From Paraspadella gotoi (lineage: Eukaryota; Animalia; Chaetognatha): a stretch of DNA of 64,000 nucleotides. The notes beneath the pieces are model-generated. The model did not search any database. It worked only from the letters and a program-made list of their open reading frames with translations, and had not been told where the DNA came from. Location: NCBI GenBank assembly GCA_051294375.1, contig CM119267.1, positions 9,470,863-9,534,862 on the forward strand, written 5' to 3'. Position numbers and translations under genes: made by a program. The stretch's first letter is position 1. The number at the start of each line of letters is the position of its first letter. Below are positions 1 to 11,624 of this stretch, in pieces.

Positions 1-2157
1 CTCTCAAAGATCAACGGAGACTGGATGCAGGCTTATCACCACTCTCCGTTAAAGGACCATATCGTTCGAAGATATGTGGCAACACCCACGGGCGTTTTAA
101 GAATGTTTCCAGGGACTTTGCTCTCGAAACGATACAACCCTCTCGAGCAAAGATGGTACACGAGAGCTTTAAAGCACCCGGGTCAAGTAGTTTTTACCGG
201 CCCCTACTTGGACGTAGGTGGAGCCGGTTATGTAGTCACGTTGTCGCACACCATTTACGAAGGAAGATCGGCGTCGCTTCACAGTGCCTCTGATCCTGTC
301 GTAGCCGTTATGGGTCTCGATTTCACTCTTCACTATTTCTACAAACATTTGCAAGAGCTCTTTCCTTTCTTGTGCAAGCACTCGAGCAGTATTCGATGCT
401 TTATTCTCGACGATTCGGGATATTTAATCGCTCATCAAGGCCTCATAGATCCCAACGGTAAAGGTCCCGTCGAACAGCAGCATATAACCCATAAGGAACC
501 GCTGGTAGCCAACGATATCCTTAACCACCGATGGTTCGTCAAGAAGCAACTTTGCAATTCTTACAACGACAGAACCATTCAGCGATTTTATAAATTTAAC
601 ACTTCCCACGACGGAGTTTTGACAAATCTGGTTCACGGCGAGCATTGCGCCAAATATCAAGTGACACACATTCAGGGAACAAACTCGTTCCTAGGAATGA
701 TAAACCAGACTTGTTCCATGATCACAGCGTTTTGCCCTTGTTCTATGATGGACCGTCTCTGTCTTAATTGTCACCGAATGGAACAGAACGAGTGCGAGTG
801 CCCCTGCGAATGCCCACTGGAGATGGACTACTGCACGGGGGACATACTGAAGCGCGAGAATTCTAACGCTCCTTGTTCTCGTTTCCCGTCTTCGCCATTT
901 TTAGCGACGCCCAGCATTTCTTCCTCTTCTAATCTGTACTGGAAGTCGACCCCTCTCCCTCAGTGCAATCCTCGTGAATGCCAGACTCGTCTCTCGAAGG
1001 ACGATTGTTTCGCCGTCCTGGATTGCGAATGGTGCGAAATCGAGAGCGACGGTTCCCAAATCGAGTCTCCCTTTTGCGCATCACAACGCATCTGTTTTGG
1101 CGGCGTGCGTGGGGCCCGTACTCCTTATCGGGACGAAATTTCTTCCTCTCTTCCCAAATCCGGACTGGGCGAACCGGGCGGCGCCTCACCATCGACTGGC
1201 GTAGGTCATCGGGCCTTTCCTGGTGTTCGCTCCGCGCCGGTGGGTCCCGTGGCAGGCGGAATCATGGGCTGCTTCCTGGTTCTGGCAATCGCCGTGTATT
1301 GCTACCGTCATCACGTAGTGCAATCGCGATACGCTCACGCTTACTTGAGCGCTCAAATGGGAAACGGATCCTCCGATTTGCGCATGAACGCTCTCGAAGA
1401 GCTTCCTCCCGATATGGAGGGACCCGTCGGGGACGGCGACGGCGATCCACCGTCGGGCGGAATCGGAAATACCAATTTTGTGCTTGCCACTTTCGAGAAT
1501 CCAATGGCTGCCGCCGCCATGTCGCCTTATCGCGTCAACACGTCTCCTCGTCGACCACTCGGCGGCGAGAGTGACTATGGTTACTCTACTATGACGCCCC
1601 ATGAAGACACAGATCAACAGTCGCAGGCTGACACGGTGACTGGATCTCGTGAGCGCTATCACCCTTCCTTGGCGATTCCTCGCCCTTCCTCGGGCGGCCA
1701 ACCCCGAATTACCTGCAATCCTCAACTCGCCGTTCTTCCATCTCCCTACGCGGCAGTACCCGCCTCTCCCATCCCGCCGCCGCCCGCAACGCCTTCCGTT
1801 TCTTCTCTTTCGACGTCGACGTCGCCTATGGACGGCGTTTTGACGAGTAAAGACCTCGTTTACTCTCTCCAACAACCATCTGGGGTTGCTTCTTCCGCAG
1901 AAAGCGCGGGATGTCCTTCCATTTCCAAAGACTCTGGCATCGGGCCATATACGCTTCCGCCTCAATTGAAACAAAAGTACGCGAGACAATCTGAAGCAGG
2001 GCGCGAGAGGAGCGACGTCAAACCAAAAAATGATTCCTTGCGCGATGGTAATGCCTTCGAGACCATTACGGACCCCTCTGTTACGGTTATTTCAAATGTC
2101 TCGGAATCCTGGAATAAAGTGCTGGCTGACGTCACAGTTCATCCGGAGCCGTCGTAG
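1..2157 (+). CDS. CACHD1: VWFA and Cache domain-containing protein 1, 3' part (5'-truncated by window, one long exon)
   Basis: Frame open from base 1 to TAG at 2155-2157. CACHD1 motifs GPYLDVGGAGYVVTLSH, QQHITHKEPLVANDILNH, RLCLNCHRMEQNECECPCECPLE, TM segment VGPVAGGIMGCFLVLAIAVY and cytoplasmic ESDYGYSTM. Confidence 0.93.
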   Translation, partial: LSKINGDWMQAYHHSPLKDHIVRRYVATPTGVLRMFPGTLLSKRYNPLEQRWYTRALKHPGQVVFTGPYLDVGGAGYVVTLSHTIYEGRSASLHSASDPVVAVMGLDFTLHYFYKHLQELFPFLCKHSSSIRCFILDDSGYLIAHQGLIDPNGKGPVEQQHITHKEPLVANDILNHRWFVKKQLCNSYNDRTIQRFYKFNTSHDGVLTNLVHGEHCAKYQVTHIQGTNSFLGMINQTCSMITAFCPCSMMDRLCLNCHRMEQNECECPCECPLEMDYCTGDILKRENSNAPCSRFPSSPFLATPSISSSSNLYWKSTPLPQCNPRECQTRLSKDDCFAVLDCEWCEIESDGSQIESPFCASQRICFGGVRGARTPYRDEISSSLPKSGLGEPGGASPSTGVGHRAFPGVRSAPVGPVAGGIMGCFLVLAIAVYCYRHHVVQSRYAHAYLSAQMGNGSSDLRMNALEELPPDMEGPVGDGDGDPPSGGIGNTNFVLATFENPMAAAAMSPYRVNTSPRRPLGGESDYGYSTMTPHEDTDQQSQADTVTGSRERYHPSLAIPRPSSGGQPRITCNPQLAVLPSPYAAVPASPIPPPPATPSVSSLSTSTSPMDGVLTSKDLVYSLQQPSGVASSAESAGCPSISKDSGIGPYTLPPQLKQKYARQSEAGRERSDVKPKNDSLRDGNAFETITDPSVTVISNVSESWNKVLADVTVHPEPS

Positions 2158-2387
2158 TAAAATGAATTTATTTCTGACATTACATGTTTTTTTCATTTAA
2201 TGTGTTGAAGTGTTATGTTGTGATGTTCCAGATTATATACATGCATTATTTTGTGGCCATTTTGTGGCTTATATTCCAGATTTAAGTGCTTCTTTTTCAC
2301 CGGTCTTATGATTTATGAATTTTGTGCACAAATTGCGCGTAATTTATGATGTACTTGTGCCTTTTTTTCTTCCTCATTGCTGAAGTA

Positions 2388-3020
2388 CAGAAGGCTTCAT
2401 ATTAGAAAATACTTTCCCGTTTTTTCGAACCGAGAATCGGTTTCGATCAAACCACTGGCCGATTTTGTTGAAATTTTGCATGAATTAATTTTAGAGCAAT
2501 AGAAATGGGACTATCAAGTTGATTTTTGAAATATGACCTATGACCCAAGATATTTTTTAAAAATTTATCCTGATCAGTTGCAGAAACGTTTACTTTTTTT
2601 TAAAAAAAAGTACATTTATTATGACCAAAAACAATATTTGATCTATTTCCAAGATCATAAACATAAGAGGTTAATGTCAGCTTTTGAGTTGAGAGCAAAA
2701 ATTAGATCTAAAATTTAAATTTATGAAAATTAATTTCAAAATGTTTTTTCTACAAAGTTAAGACATAAATTAAACTGATCACACAAAAAAATTCGTCTTT
2801 AAGGTAAAAAAAATTTTGTTATTTTTTGCCCACTTGGGGTGAACCCAAGTGCCATGTATCTTAGCTCAGGGGTAAAATATTGAAAATCGTCTCGATAGTC
2901 CCAATAGTAATCAATAGTATGGCCATTAGGATACTGTATGCAAAATCATATAGAATATGGTACAGAACCGATTCTCGGTCGGAAAAACGGGGAGAGCATT
3001 TTCTAATATGACGACTTATG
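2388..3020. mobile_element. Non-autonomous DNA transposon (Tc1/mariner-like MITE)
   Basis: ~55-bp imperfect TIRs: cagaaggcttcatattagaaaatactttcccgttttttcgaaccgagaatcggtt (from 2388) vs aaccgattctcggtcggaaaaacggggagagcattttctaatatgacgacttatg (to 3020). TA flanks both ends. Internal inverted gggactatc/gatagtccc. No transposase ORF. Confidence 0.75.
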
Positions 3021-3829
3021 TAGAGCAAACGCCACCTGTTTCGTTACTTGGCTGGACATATTAGCTTAATCTTGATAATAATCATATTATAGTTATATTA
3101 TAGGTTTCGCCCTGTTGCCTTGATAAAAAGATCGTTGGCTTTTGCTCCTTCATAAAAATGATACATTTGTTAGATTTTACAGATCGACTAAAAATATAAA
3201 ATGGATTTCCTTAAATTTTATTTTATATTTTTCTTTTAGATTTAAACTCTTGAGGATTTAGTCTTCAAGTATTGATTCTTTTTTTCCTATTGAATCTAGT
3301 TTGTGCTATTTTTTGAGAAATTGCATCTAAACACATGGTGCTAACTAATAACTATAGTATACATTTAATTGATTTTAGGTATTTATTAATACTTAACAAT
3401 TATTTAAATTTTAAAAAAATTCTTGGTCGTTTAACAGGAGGCAAAAATTTTATTTTATTTTTTTATCGATCTGTGAAGATTTACATGAACAATTGACTGT
3501 GAGCGCGTGAGATTAGGTTTTTATAGCATTTAAAGTAAATAGGTAAATTTTGCAGAAATGGGTTATTGTTGAAATTGACTATTGAGACTTAGAAGATTTA
3601 AGACACCACACACTAAAAATATTGACTATCGTGATTAGTTTTTTTTATTCTTTGGAATTGAATCCTTTTTGACCTAAACAAGAGAATATACCAGTGTAGA
3701 TACGCTACATTATACTACAAATTCTTGTGTTATGAAACTTATTTTATATAAAGAATTCTCATGTTACTTCTCCAACATCTTCCTTTATTTAGATTTTCAG
3801 TCACGGCGAAAAAAGGCAAGTAACCCGTT

Positions 3830-4717
3830 ATGACGGAAGTAAACATTTGCTTGGCGTGTGACCGTGACTCGCCTCAAGCAGCCGACATTCCGGAGCCGAG
3901 ACACCTCGTAACTCCCGGCGACCTCATTACGACGGATCCAGGGTTTATGCGCGGCCACGGGACCTACGTCGACAACGACCGACTACAGTCCTCCGTCGCC
4001 GGCGTCGTGGAGCGAGTCAACAAGCTCATACGCGTCGAGCCATTGAAAACTCGTTACAACGGCGAAGTGGGCGATGTGGTGGTTGGTCGTGTCACCGAAG
4101 TGACGCAAAAAAGATGGAAAATCGAGACGCACGCCCGACTCGACTCCATACTACATCTCAACTCGGTCAACCTCCCTGGCGGTGAATTGCGCCGTCGGTC
4201 CGACGAGGATGAGCGAATGATGCGCGAGTATCTCTGCGAGGGTGACCTAATCAGCGCCGAAGTGCAGCAGGTTCACGCCGACGGCGCCCTTGCCCTTCAC
4301 ACCCGCAGCTTGAAGTACGGAAAGCTGGGCCAAGGGATCCTGGTCAAAGTCTCTCCCTCTCTCATCAAACGGCGCAAGTCTCATTTCCACAGCCTCCCCT
4401 GCGGCTGTTCCATCATTCTGGGCAATAACGGCTACGTCTGGATATACCCCACCGTCGCCGGCGACGAAGCGAACACCGGGGGATTTTATCAGAACCTGCA
4501 ACCGGTCGAACTCAAAGACCGGGAAACCATCGCCAGACTCAGGAATTGTGTTCTCGCCCTGGCCGATCACAAGATGATGCTCTACGATACTTCCGTCTTG
4601 TACGCCTTCGAAGCTTCTTCCGGATACGAAGCTCGAGAACTGCTGAAACCCAAAATCAAAGAAGAGATATTCAGGGACACGCTACAGAGGCTCGAAGTAG
4701 AGGGATTCGTCAATTAA
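3830..4717 (+). CDS. EXOSC2: Exosome complex component RRP4 (intronless, 295 aa)
   Basis: RRP4 motifs LVTPGDLIT, FMRGHGTY, RYNGEVGDVVVGRV, VNLPGGELRRRS, LHTRSLKYGKL, ILGNNGYVWI. Confidence 0.96.
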   Translation: MTEVNICLACDRDSPQAADIPEPRHLVTPGDLITTDPGFMRGHGTYVDNDRLQSSVAGVVERVNKLIRVEPLKTRYNGEVGDVVVGRVTEVTQKRWKIETHARLDSILHLNSVNLPGGELRRRSDEDERMMREYLCEGDLISAEVQQVHADGALALHTRSLKYGKLGQGILVKVSPSLIKRRKSHFHSLPCGCSIILGNNGYVWIYPTVAGDEANTGGFYQNLQPVELKDRETIARLRNCVLALADHKMMLYDTSVLYAFEASSGYEARELLKPKIKEEIFRDTLQRLEVEGFVN

Positions 4718-4783
4718 TACATTTTTCGCCGACTGATTTTTTCCATATTTGTTTTGTTAAATATTCGGTTTCCTTTTAAGGTT

Positions 4784-7700
4784 ATGGAACCGAAGGTCTT
4801 AAAAAGTACATTAAAGAACGCCCGAGAAGCGGTGAAAAATAAAAATTATCAAGAAGTTTATAAACTCGCGAATGAAATTTTACAGCATGACCCTAAAAAT
4901 TATCATGGCCTCGTCTTTTTGGGAATTTCTTTGCCCGAAGTGGACCCTTCCGCCGTCAAGGCCGCCGTCGACTCTTACAAGGAAGCGGCCGTTGTAAGTC
5001 CCGATCAACCGCTGGCTTGGCAAGGGCTCGCCACTCTTTATGAAAAGAATCCGATAAAAGTTTATCAGGAAGCTTGTGTGAAAGTTTATGAAAGACTCAT
5101 GTCGATCTACGAAAAGGCGGGCGGAGAAATCATGGAAAAGTATTTCGAAGTCGGCATCAAATTGGCCAAACTTCACCTCAATCGCAAGAACATGCTCGGA
5201 AGCGCGGAGATGTTCGAAAGCCTCCTTAGCCGCTCGGAGTCTGAAAATGTGGTGCCAAGAAGAGCGAAAGTGGCGAAAGTCGCCTCGGATTCTCTCGGTG
5301 CACTCATCGAGCAACTGCCTAAAGAGCAAGGGGCGTTCGTTGAAAAAATATTCATGACGCTGGTCACGGACGACGCCTTGGACGAAAGCGAGAAGCTTCC
5401 TTACTACGAACGATTGATTCGTGCCATGATCAAAAACGGACGAGATGCAAAAGACGTTGTCGGTATGACACGCGCCATGCATGCCAGCTTCCCCGATACC
5501 CGATTTCCCCTGGAGATTTTAATTCACTTCGAGTTGAGTCTAGGATTGGAATCACTTCCGGATCTCGATAAACTCGAAGAGCTGAGAGATGAAATGCGAG
5601 CGGTTAGTCCCGACTCGTACCTGATTCGTCTAGTCGACGGCGTAGATTCCTTCGCAACGAAAAACTTTCTCCGGGCGCGAAACGATCTCAAGGCTGGCCA
5701 CGACGCGATCTTCCCGAAAATCCACGTCCCGGGAGCGGTGTTTTTGGCTAAAACGTACAACGCGGTCCACGACCATCCCGCGGCACTCGCGATGGCCAAG
5801 ACGGTCAAAAAGTATTTGCACGATTCGGGAGGAGACTCGGACATCGAGTCGGCCTTTGTCTCGAAGCAACGTATCATTACCTCCCTTGATTTGATCGTGG
5901 CTCATGCCACTATCGAGGGCGGCGGCTCGGAAGAAGATATCGTTTCCTCCATTAGCGCCTTGCAGGAACTGATGGCGGACGCTTCGAATAAGTCGGCCGA
6001 TCCCTTGTCGGCTTTCGGTTTTTCCATCCTCTCGGAGGAAAGGATCGAGGAAGTTATCGGTATGGCGAAGGCTAACGGCCTTGAAGGGAACGGGAGTTTG
6101 TTGATCTTGGAAGGCGTTTTAATGGTTAGACGGAAGCGTTTCGATTCTGCTCTCGAATTATTTTCTGCTGCCGTCGAGATTAACCCAGAGAACGGTCAAC
6201 ATCATTTTTGGCGAGGAAGAGCGATTTGGGAGAAGGTTGACGGAAACGCGGAATTAGAAGAGTGTTTCTCCGAGCTTCTGTTGGCTGCCAAATTGGATCC
6301 TTACTACAGTCCGACGTTTCTATATCTCGGCCATTATTACGCGCGAATACAAGAAGACGAGGGAAAGGCTCTTAAATGTTACCAACGCGCTTTCGAATTG
6401 GATAACTGCAATTCGGAAGCCGGATCAAATTGTGTAGACCTCATGGTGGCAATCGGGCAAAGCGAGCAGGCATTTCAACTTGTTCATGGTGTCACCAGAT
6501 CTCTTGCGCCTGATCGTGCCAAATGGGCCTGGCTGCGCTTGGCCGTTCACTACCTTAATGTTGGAGAAAACGACGCGGCCGTCATGACTCTGCAAGATCT
6601 TTTAAAGGCGGATTCCGGAGATTGGATAATCTGGGAATGTCTCGGAGAGGCGTACACTAACAGAGGCTCGTACATGGCCGCTTTAAAATCTTTCGAACGC
6701 GCACTCGAATTGGAGCCTCAAGCTTCGTTCAGCAAATTTCAAAAAGCGCGAATCAAACAATTGACGGGCGCCTTTCTCGAAGCCAAAAATGATTACCTAA
6801 AAATGCTCGACGATGACGACCCCGATTTTATCCCTGCCCTTAAGGGTCTCGGAGAAACGCTGATCGAATTAGCCAAGATCGCTCTCAAACACTTTTACAA
6901 TGGCAAGGCGGTTGACTTGTGTCATATAGCTATCGAAAAACTCACCCACGCTGCGTCCCTGAGACCTGATCTAGTCTGTGTTTGGAAGTTGCTAGGAGAC
7001 GCTTGCACTCTTCTTCATATTGTTCCTGACCATCTTTGTGAAGTGCGCCTGCCGGCCAAGCTGGCGCACGACCCAACCGAAACGCAGCGGACTTGGCGCG
7101 TTCGGAAAACCTTCGCTTTTCAGACGACCTGGGATTCCGGAGAAGCTTCGCCGGATTGGAACGAACCGGCGGACACCATCGACGAGGGAGCGGCTAAAGA
7201 ACAAAGGGTCAGGACGAAGAGAAGGAGAGGGGCCAAAGAGGATGAGGTAAATGGATTTGTTCTTTGAAATTTGATATTGATTGAATTGAAATTATTAATA
7301 TAAAACGATAAAACGACTTACCACTGTTATCAGCACATTACCAATTTTAAATTTTGTGAAGTAAAGAGCGTTAAGATTTTTGGTAGAGCTTTATTCGTTG
7401 TTATGAAATATATTAATATAATAAAGATAAATAAATAATAGAAAAAATTGCACTTTTGTTCATTAGCTTTACATTTACAAGATATTTCTTTAATTTTAAA
7501 CTCTAGCCTCCCTCGGATCCAACTGGCGAAAAAGTTATTTCTAAACTAGGACTTCTCTTTATCGGAAATCGATGTTATCGACGCGCGCTAAAACTCCAAG
7601 GGAAAGAGGACGCTGGACTACTTAGCGATCTAGCGTACAATTACTTCGCCCAGAGCGAACTCGTCTTGGACGAGGATATCACCGCCAAACGGGATCTGGC

Positions 7701-10700
7701 GACTAACGCTCTTGATTTATTAAAAGAAGCTGTGATAATTGATCCCTACAATCACCTATGTTGGCTCGGATTAGGTCTGTAAGTCGGTGACTACTGACTA
7801 AGTATATTTTTTCTGACAAAAAACATTTAATGATTTTCTGTCCTTTTTGAATAAAGGAACCGTTGCATCTTGCTCTCCCGATCCTGTGCGGCAGCTGCCT
7901 TTGGCCCAACACGCCTTTATCAAATCCATAAATGTGGAAGCTAACAATCCCGTAGCCTGGACAAATCTTGGCGCTCTTTATTTGTTGCACGGACCCAAGG
8001 ACAAAAAGTTGGCTCATTTGGCTTTCAAAGCTGCTCAAAACCTCGATCCGGGGTAAAAGTAAAAAAGTGATGAGCATTGACCAGGGATTCTACATTTATA
8101 TAATATTATGAAAATTTGCAAAATTACTTGTTTCACTATTTTATTTTTTTATATTTTTTTATAAATGCTTTACTATTTAATCTATATTATTTAATGAAAT
8201 ATATATTGATTTTTAAAAATGTTATACTTTTCATTATATCTATTTATTTAATTTTATATTCAGCTACGTCGGTGGCTGGGTCGGACAAGCTTTAATCGCT
8301 GAAAGTATTGGAGATCCCGAAGCCATGGACCTTTTTCGCGTAACCGTCACAATGGAAAATAATTCTATTCACAGTGAAGGACTCCTGGGTTACGGTCACT
8401 GGGTTTGCAAGATGTTGTTGCGCAGAGGAAAGCAGAACCGGTGAGATTTATGTATTATTGATATTACAATCAAACAAAATAGAAGGAAATCTGTTTTGCC
8501 AAAATGAACCACTAATCTCAGCTGTTTGCTGTTAGATCCGCGGAAGACCTAAATGATTCGTCTTGTCTCCCCGAGTTTCATCTTCGGTACATCTTCGAAA
8601 AAATGGGCGCGATTCACGTGGCTGCCGACGCCTTGACAAAGTTTTGCGACAGGTATCCCGAGCACGTCCCTGCCGCCACCATGCTGAGTTTGCTACAAGA
8701 GCGACAATTTCTCAAACAATCCGCGGCAAATGGCTTAAACCGCGCTCTTGAAAGTCTTAAAGGTTGGCTAATTATTGTTTTTTATACGTAATTATATGCA
8801 ATTTGACGCATTCATTAACAATTACTCATTGCTTCTAGGAATCGGTCTCGCCGTGAAGAAAGAACTAGAAATAGTTGGGTCCAACTTGGCACGCGTACTT
8901 TGTTCCTTGAACAAGAGTCACGAAAGTATTGTTCAGTACAAACAATTGCCCGATATTGAAAATAACTTGTTTCAACTAGCCGGATTCGGCCTCGCACTCT
9001 TCAAATCGGGTACAGACGACAATTTGCATACGATCCATTTATTTTCATTTCTTAAAGTAAGAAGCCTGCTGAATTCTATTTGTTTTTGTCAAGGACAACT
9101 CATGGAATCTTACGTCGTTTTCGAAAAATGTTGCGAACTCGCTCCGGAACGCTTTGCCGCATGTCTGCAAGCCTGTCTTGGCATGGTATCTCACAAGTAC
9201 AACGATATTGAGGGCGCCAAAACCTGTCTCTTTAAATGCATCGAAATCGATCGTAATTTCTTGCCCGGGCTTGTGGCTCTCGCTTCAACCGGTGTGTGAG
9301 AATGTTCGGCTATCAATAACCAGCTTTAATTTAATTAGTATTTATAAATTGAGTGGTTTTTGTTCATAGGCCTCATTCATGATGACCTCGATTTATGTAT
9401 GGCCGCCTTAGAAGAATTATTAAAAGCATCGGCTCTTCCCGAATCGACTGTAGTTGAAGTGGCTCGGCTTTTTGCTCCTCTTTTGATAGAACATGGGGAC
9501 TATAAAAGTGCGAAGGCAAGTACAAGTAGTTTACGTTTTGGAATCCCAGTGTTAACTATTTATAAATACATTCAAAGTAAATCGTTAAGTTATTTTTTTG
9601 TTTAGAATCACATACAAAAGGCTATCAAAAAGTATCCTTCGTCTTCAAAATCGTGGGCATTTTTGTCTCAATTTATACTTCGGTATTCGAAAGGTATTTA
9701 TGTTGTGATTATTGTAGTGATATTACATCAATGCAGCTTTTTCTATCTGATAGTCCGTATTTTGTAAAATTATTTTAGACGAGTGCGCTCTCGCGTCCGT
9801 TGCGGCACGGAGCGCTCAAGCCGTCGACGCCAAGAACGATGAAGCCGTTTTGTTGGAGAGTCTCGGAATGCTGGTCGGCGCTTCGCCGCTTGAACCGCCT
9901 CTCTCTGATTCTAGAAGGCGGGCCAAACAATCCAAGTCTGCCATCATGGCCGCCGCCAAAGCCGTCCATTTGCATCCTGACAAATCTGAATCTTGGGCCT
10001 CGTTAACCGGTAAGATATGTTTCTTTAGTTTCTTCTCTTTTTCTTTCCATTCAAGTATCTTGTTAAATAAGTTATTCGAATACGTACATCAAGTATTCAG
10101 CTTTAAATGTTTTAATTTTCAAGCATTAACTAACATTTCGAGCATTTTAATTTATCAATATTAGCACCGGTCCTACTTTTAAATTCGATGCAAAGTCAGA
10201 ATTGGGAAAATAGTTCCGCATTTGTTAATTTGAATTTATTCTTTAGCTTCAACTTATATGATGGACGTACTTCACCGATTATCTTCCTGTGATACATCTC
10301 TTGTTAAAGAGGGTGCAACTCTGGCCGCTTCACGATCAGCCTTTGCAATTGCCGCTTCAAAATCTTCAAATTTTCTTTCGCAGGTGGGTACGCATTAAAA
10401 TTTCTATAGAATTATGGTATATCTATGTATAAATAAAAAGGTAAAGTTATAGACAAGTTTAAAAATATATTGTTTTTAGGTGTCGTCAAACAACCGGATG
10501 TATTCCTTCATTGGAAAACAGCACGTGCTCAATTTAATTCGATCCGGTGGAGATTCATTGAGAGAAGCGAAAAAAATTATAAACGTTCTTCAGGAAGGAA
10601 ATAACTTGGAGACGATGGGCCCTATTCTTTCTCAGTTGGAGGTCCTCGTAAATAAGGGAATAAGTAATCGAACCGTCGAATCCTTCAAAGAAGCCGTTAA

Positions 10701-11372
10701 TTGGGATAACGGCCTCTTTGGAAAGCAACTGCTCCTTCAGATTTTCTCTCATACGAAGGCAGATAAGGTAAATTTTTTTTCCTATTTCACTCTTTATGTC
10801 AAAATCGTTGCTAATTTTTTTAAAAATATTTTTATGTCAGGAGATTGAAGAGCTACTGCAGTCCTGCGTATCGAGTGACCATCCATCGAAACTAATCTTT
10901 TGGTCACTTATTCTCGTAAGGGCCTTCTCGGATCTATCTCAAGCTTCAGATCCATTCACAGCAAAGACACCCGAAGCGCAGAAATTGCTTGACCTGATTT
11001 CTAACTCCCACTTCAAAGAGTTGGAATCAAATCTGGTTCATCTTATTTGTGGAATAGTTCTCTTTAAGTCCAACATCAAACAGGCTCAAAAATACCTGTT
11101 CAAAGTAAGTAAAGAGTCTATCACAGTGGTTTCTCTTTCTTTTACTATTTCCTTTAATTAAAATTCCATGCTTTTTAAAGGTTCACAATGCCAATTTTCC
11201 ACCTCCTATGTCGGATGTGCCGAGGAAAATTGCTCGACGACTGTTAATCAAAGTATTAGCAGGAAAAAAAGAAAAAGAAAAGGTTTCTTTAGCATCCTTG
11301 CTAAAGGTAGCCGTAAAAGACGGTGATAAAGAATTTGTTGCAATTTACGATAACATTGTTCCTGCCATTTAA
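4784..11372 (+). CDS. TTC37: Tetratricopeptide repeat protein 37 / SKI3 (multi-exon)
   Basis: ATG at 4784. N-terminal LKNAREAVKNKNY...DPKNYHGLVFLG...PDQPLAWQGL; TPRs AAKLDPY, KCYQRAFELD, WECLGEAYTNRGSYMAALKSF, AQHAFIKSI, AWTNLGALYL, EAMDLFR. Exon 1 is 4784-7246, exon 2 starts at 7507, further short exons follow, and the last exon 11181-11372 ends in TAA. Confidence 0.92.
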
Positions 11373-11624
11373 AACATTTTGCTGTGATTTTCTACTTTTG
11401 TTTGATAATAAACCTAATTAATTTATTTCGATATTTTTTTTAAAAAAAAGGTGAAACTTAATAGTAACTTAAAAAGTTTTTACAACTATTATTAATTAAA
11501 AACAAAAGCTAGATATTTAGTTTTATCTCTATTGTTGACAATTCGTGCCAGTTGCGTATTGATCGAATTTATTCCCCAGTTTTGTGATTTTAATAAAATT
11601 TCGAACTGAATTGAAGTTATAATC

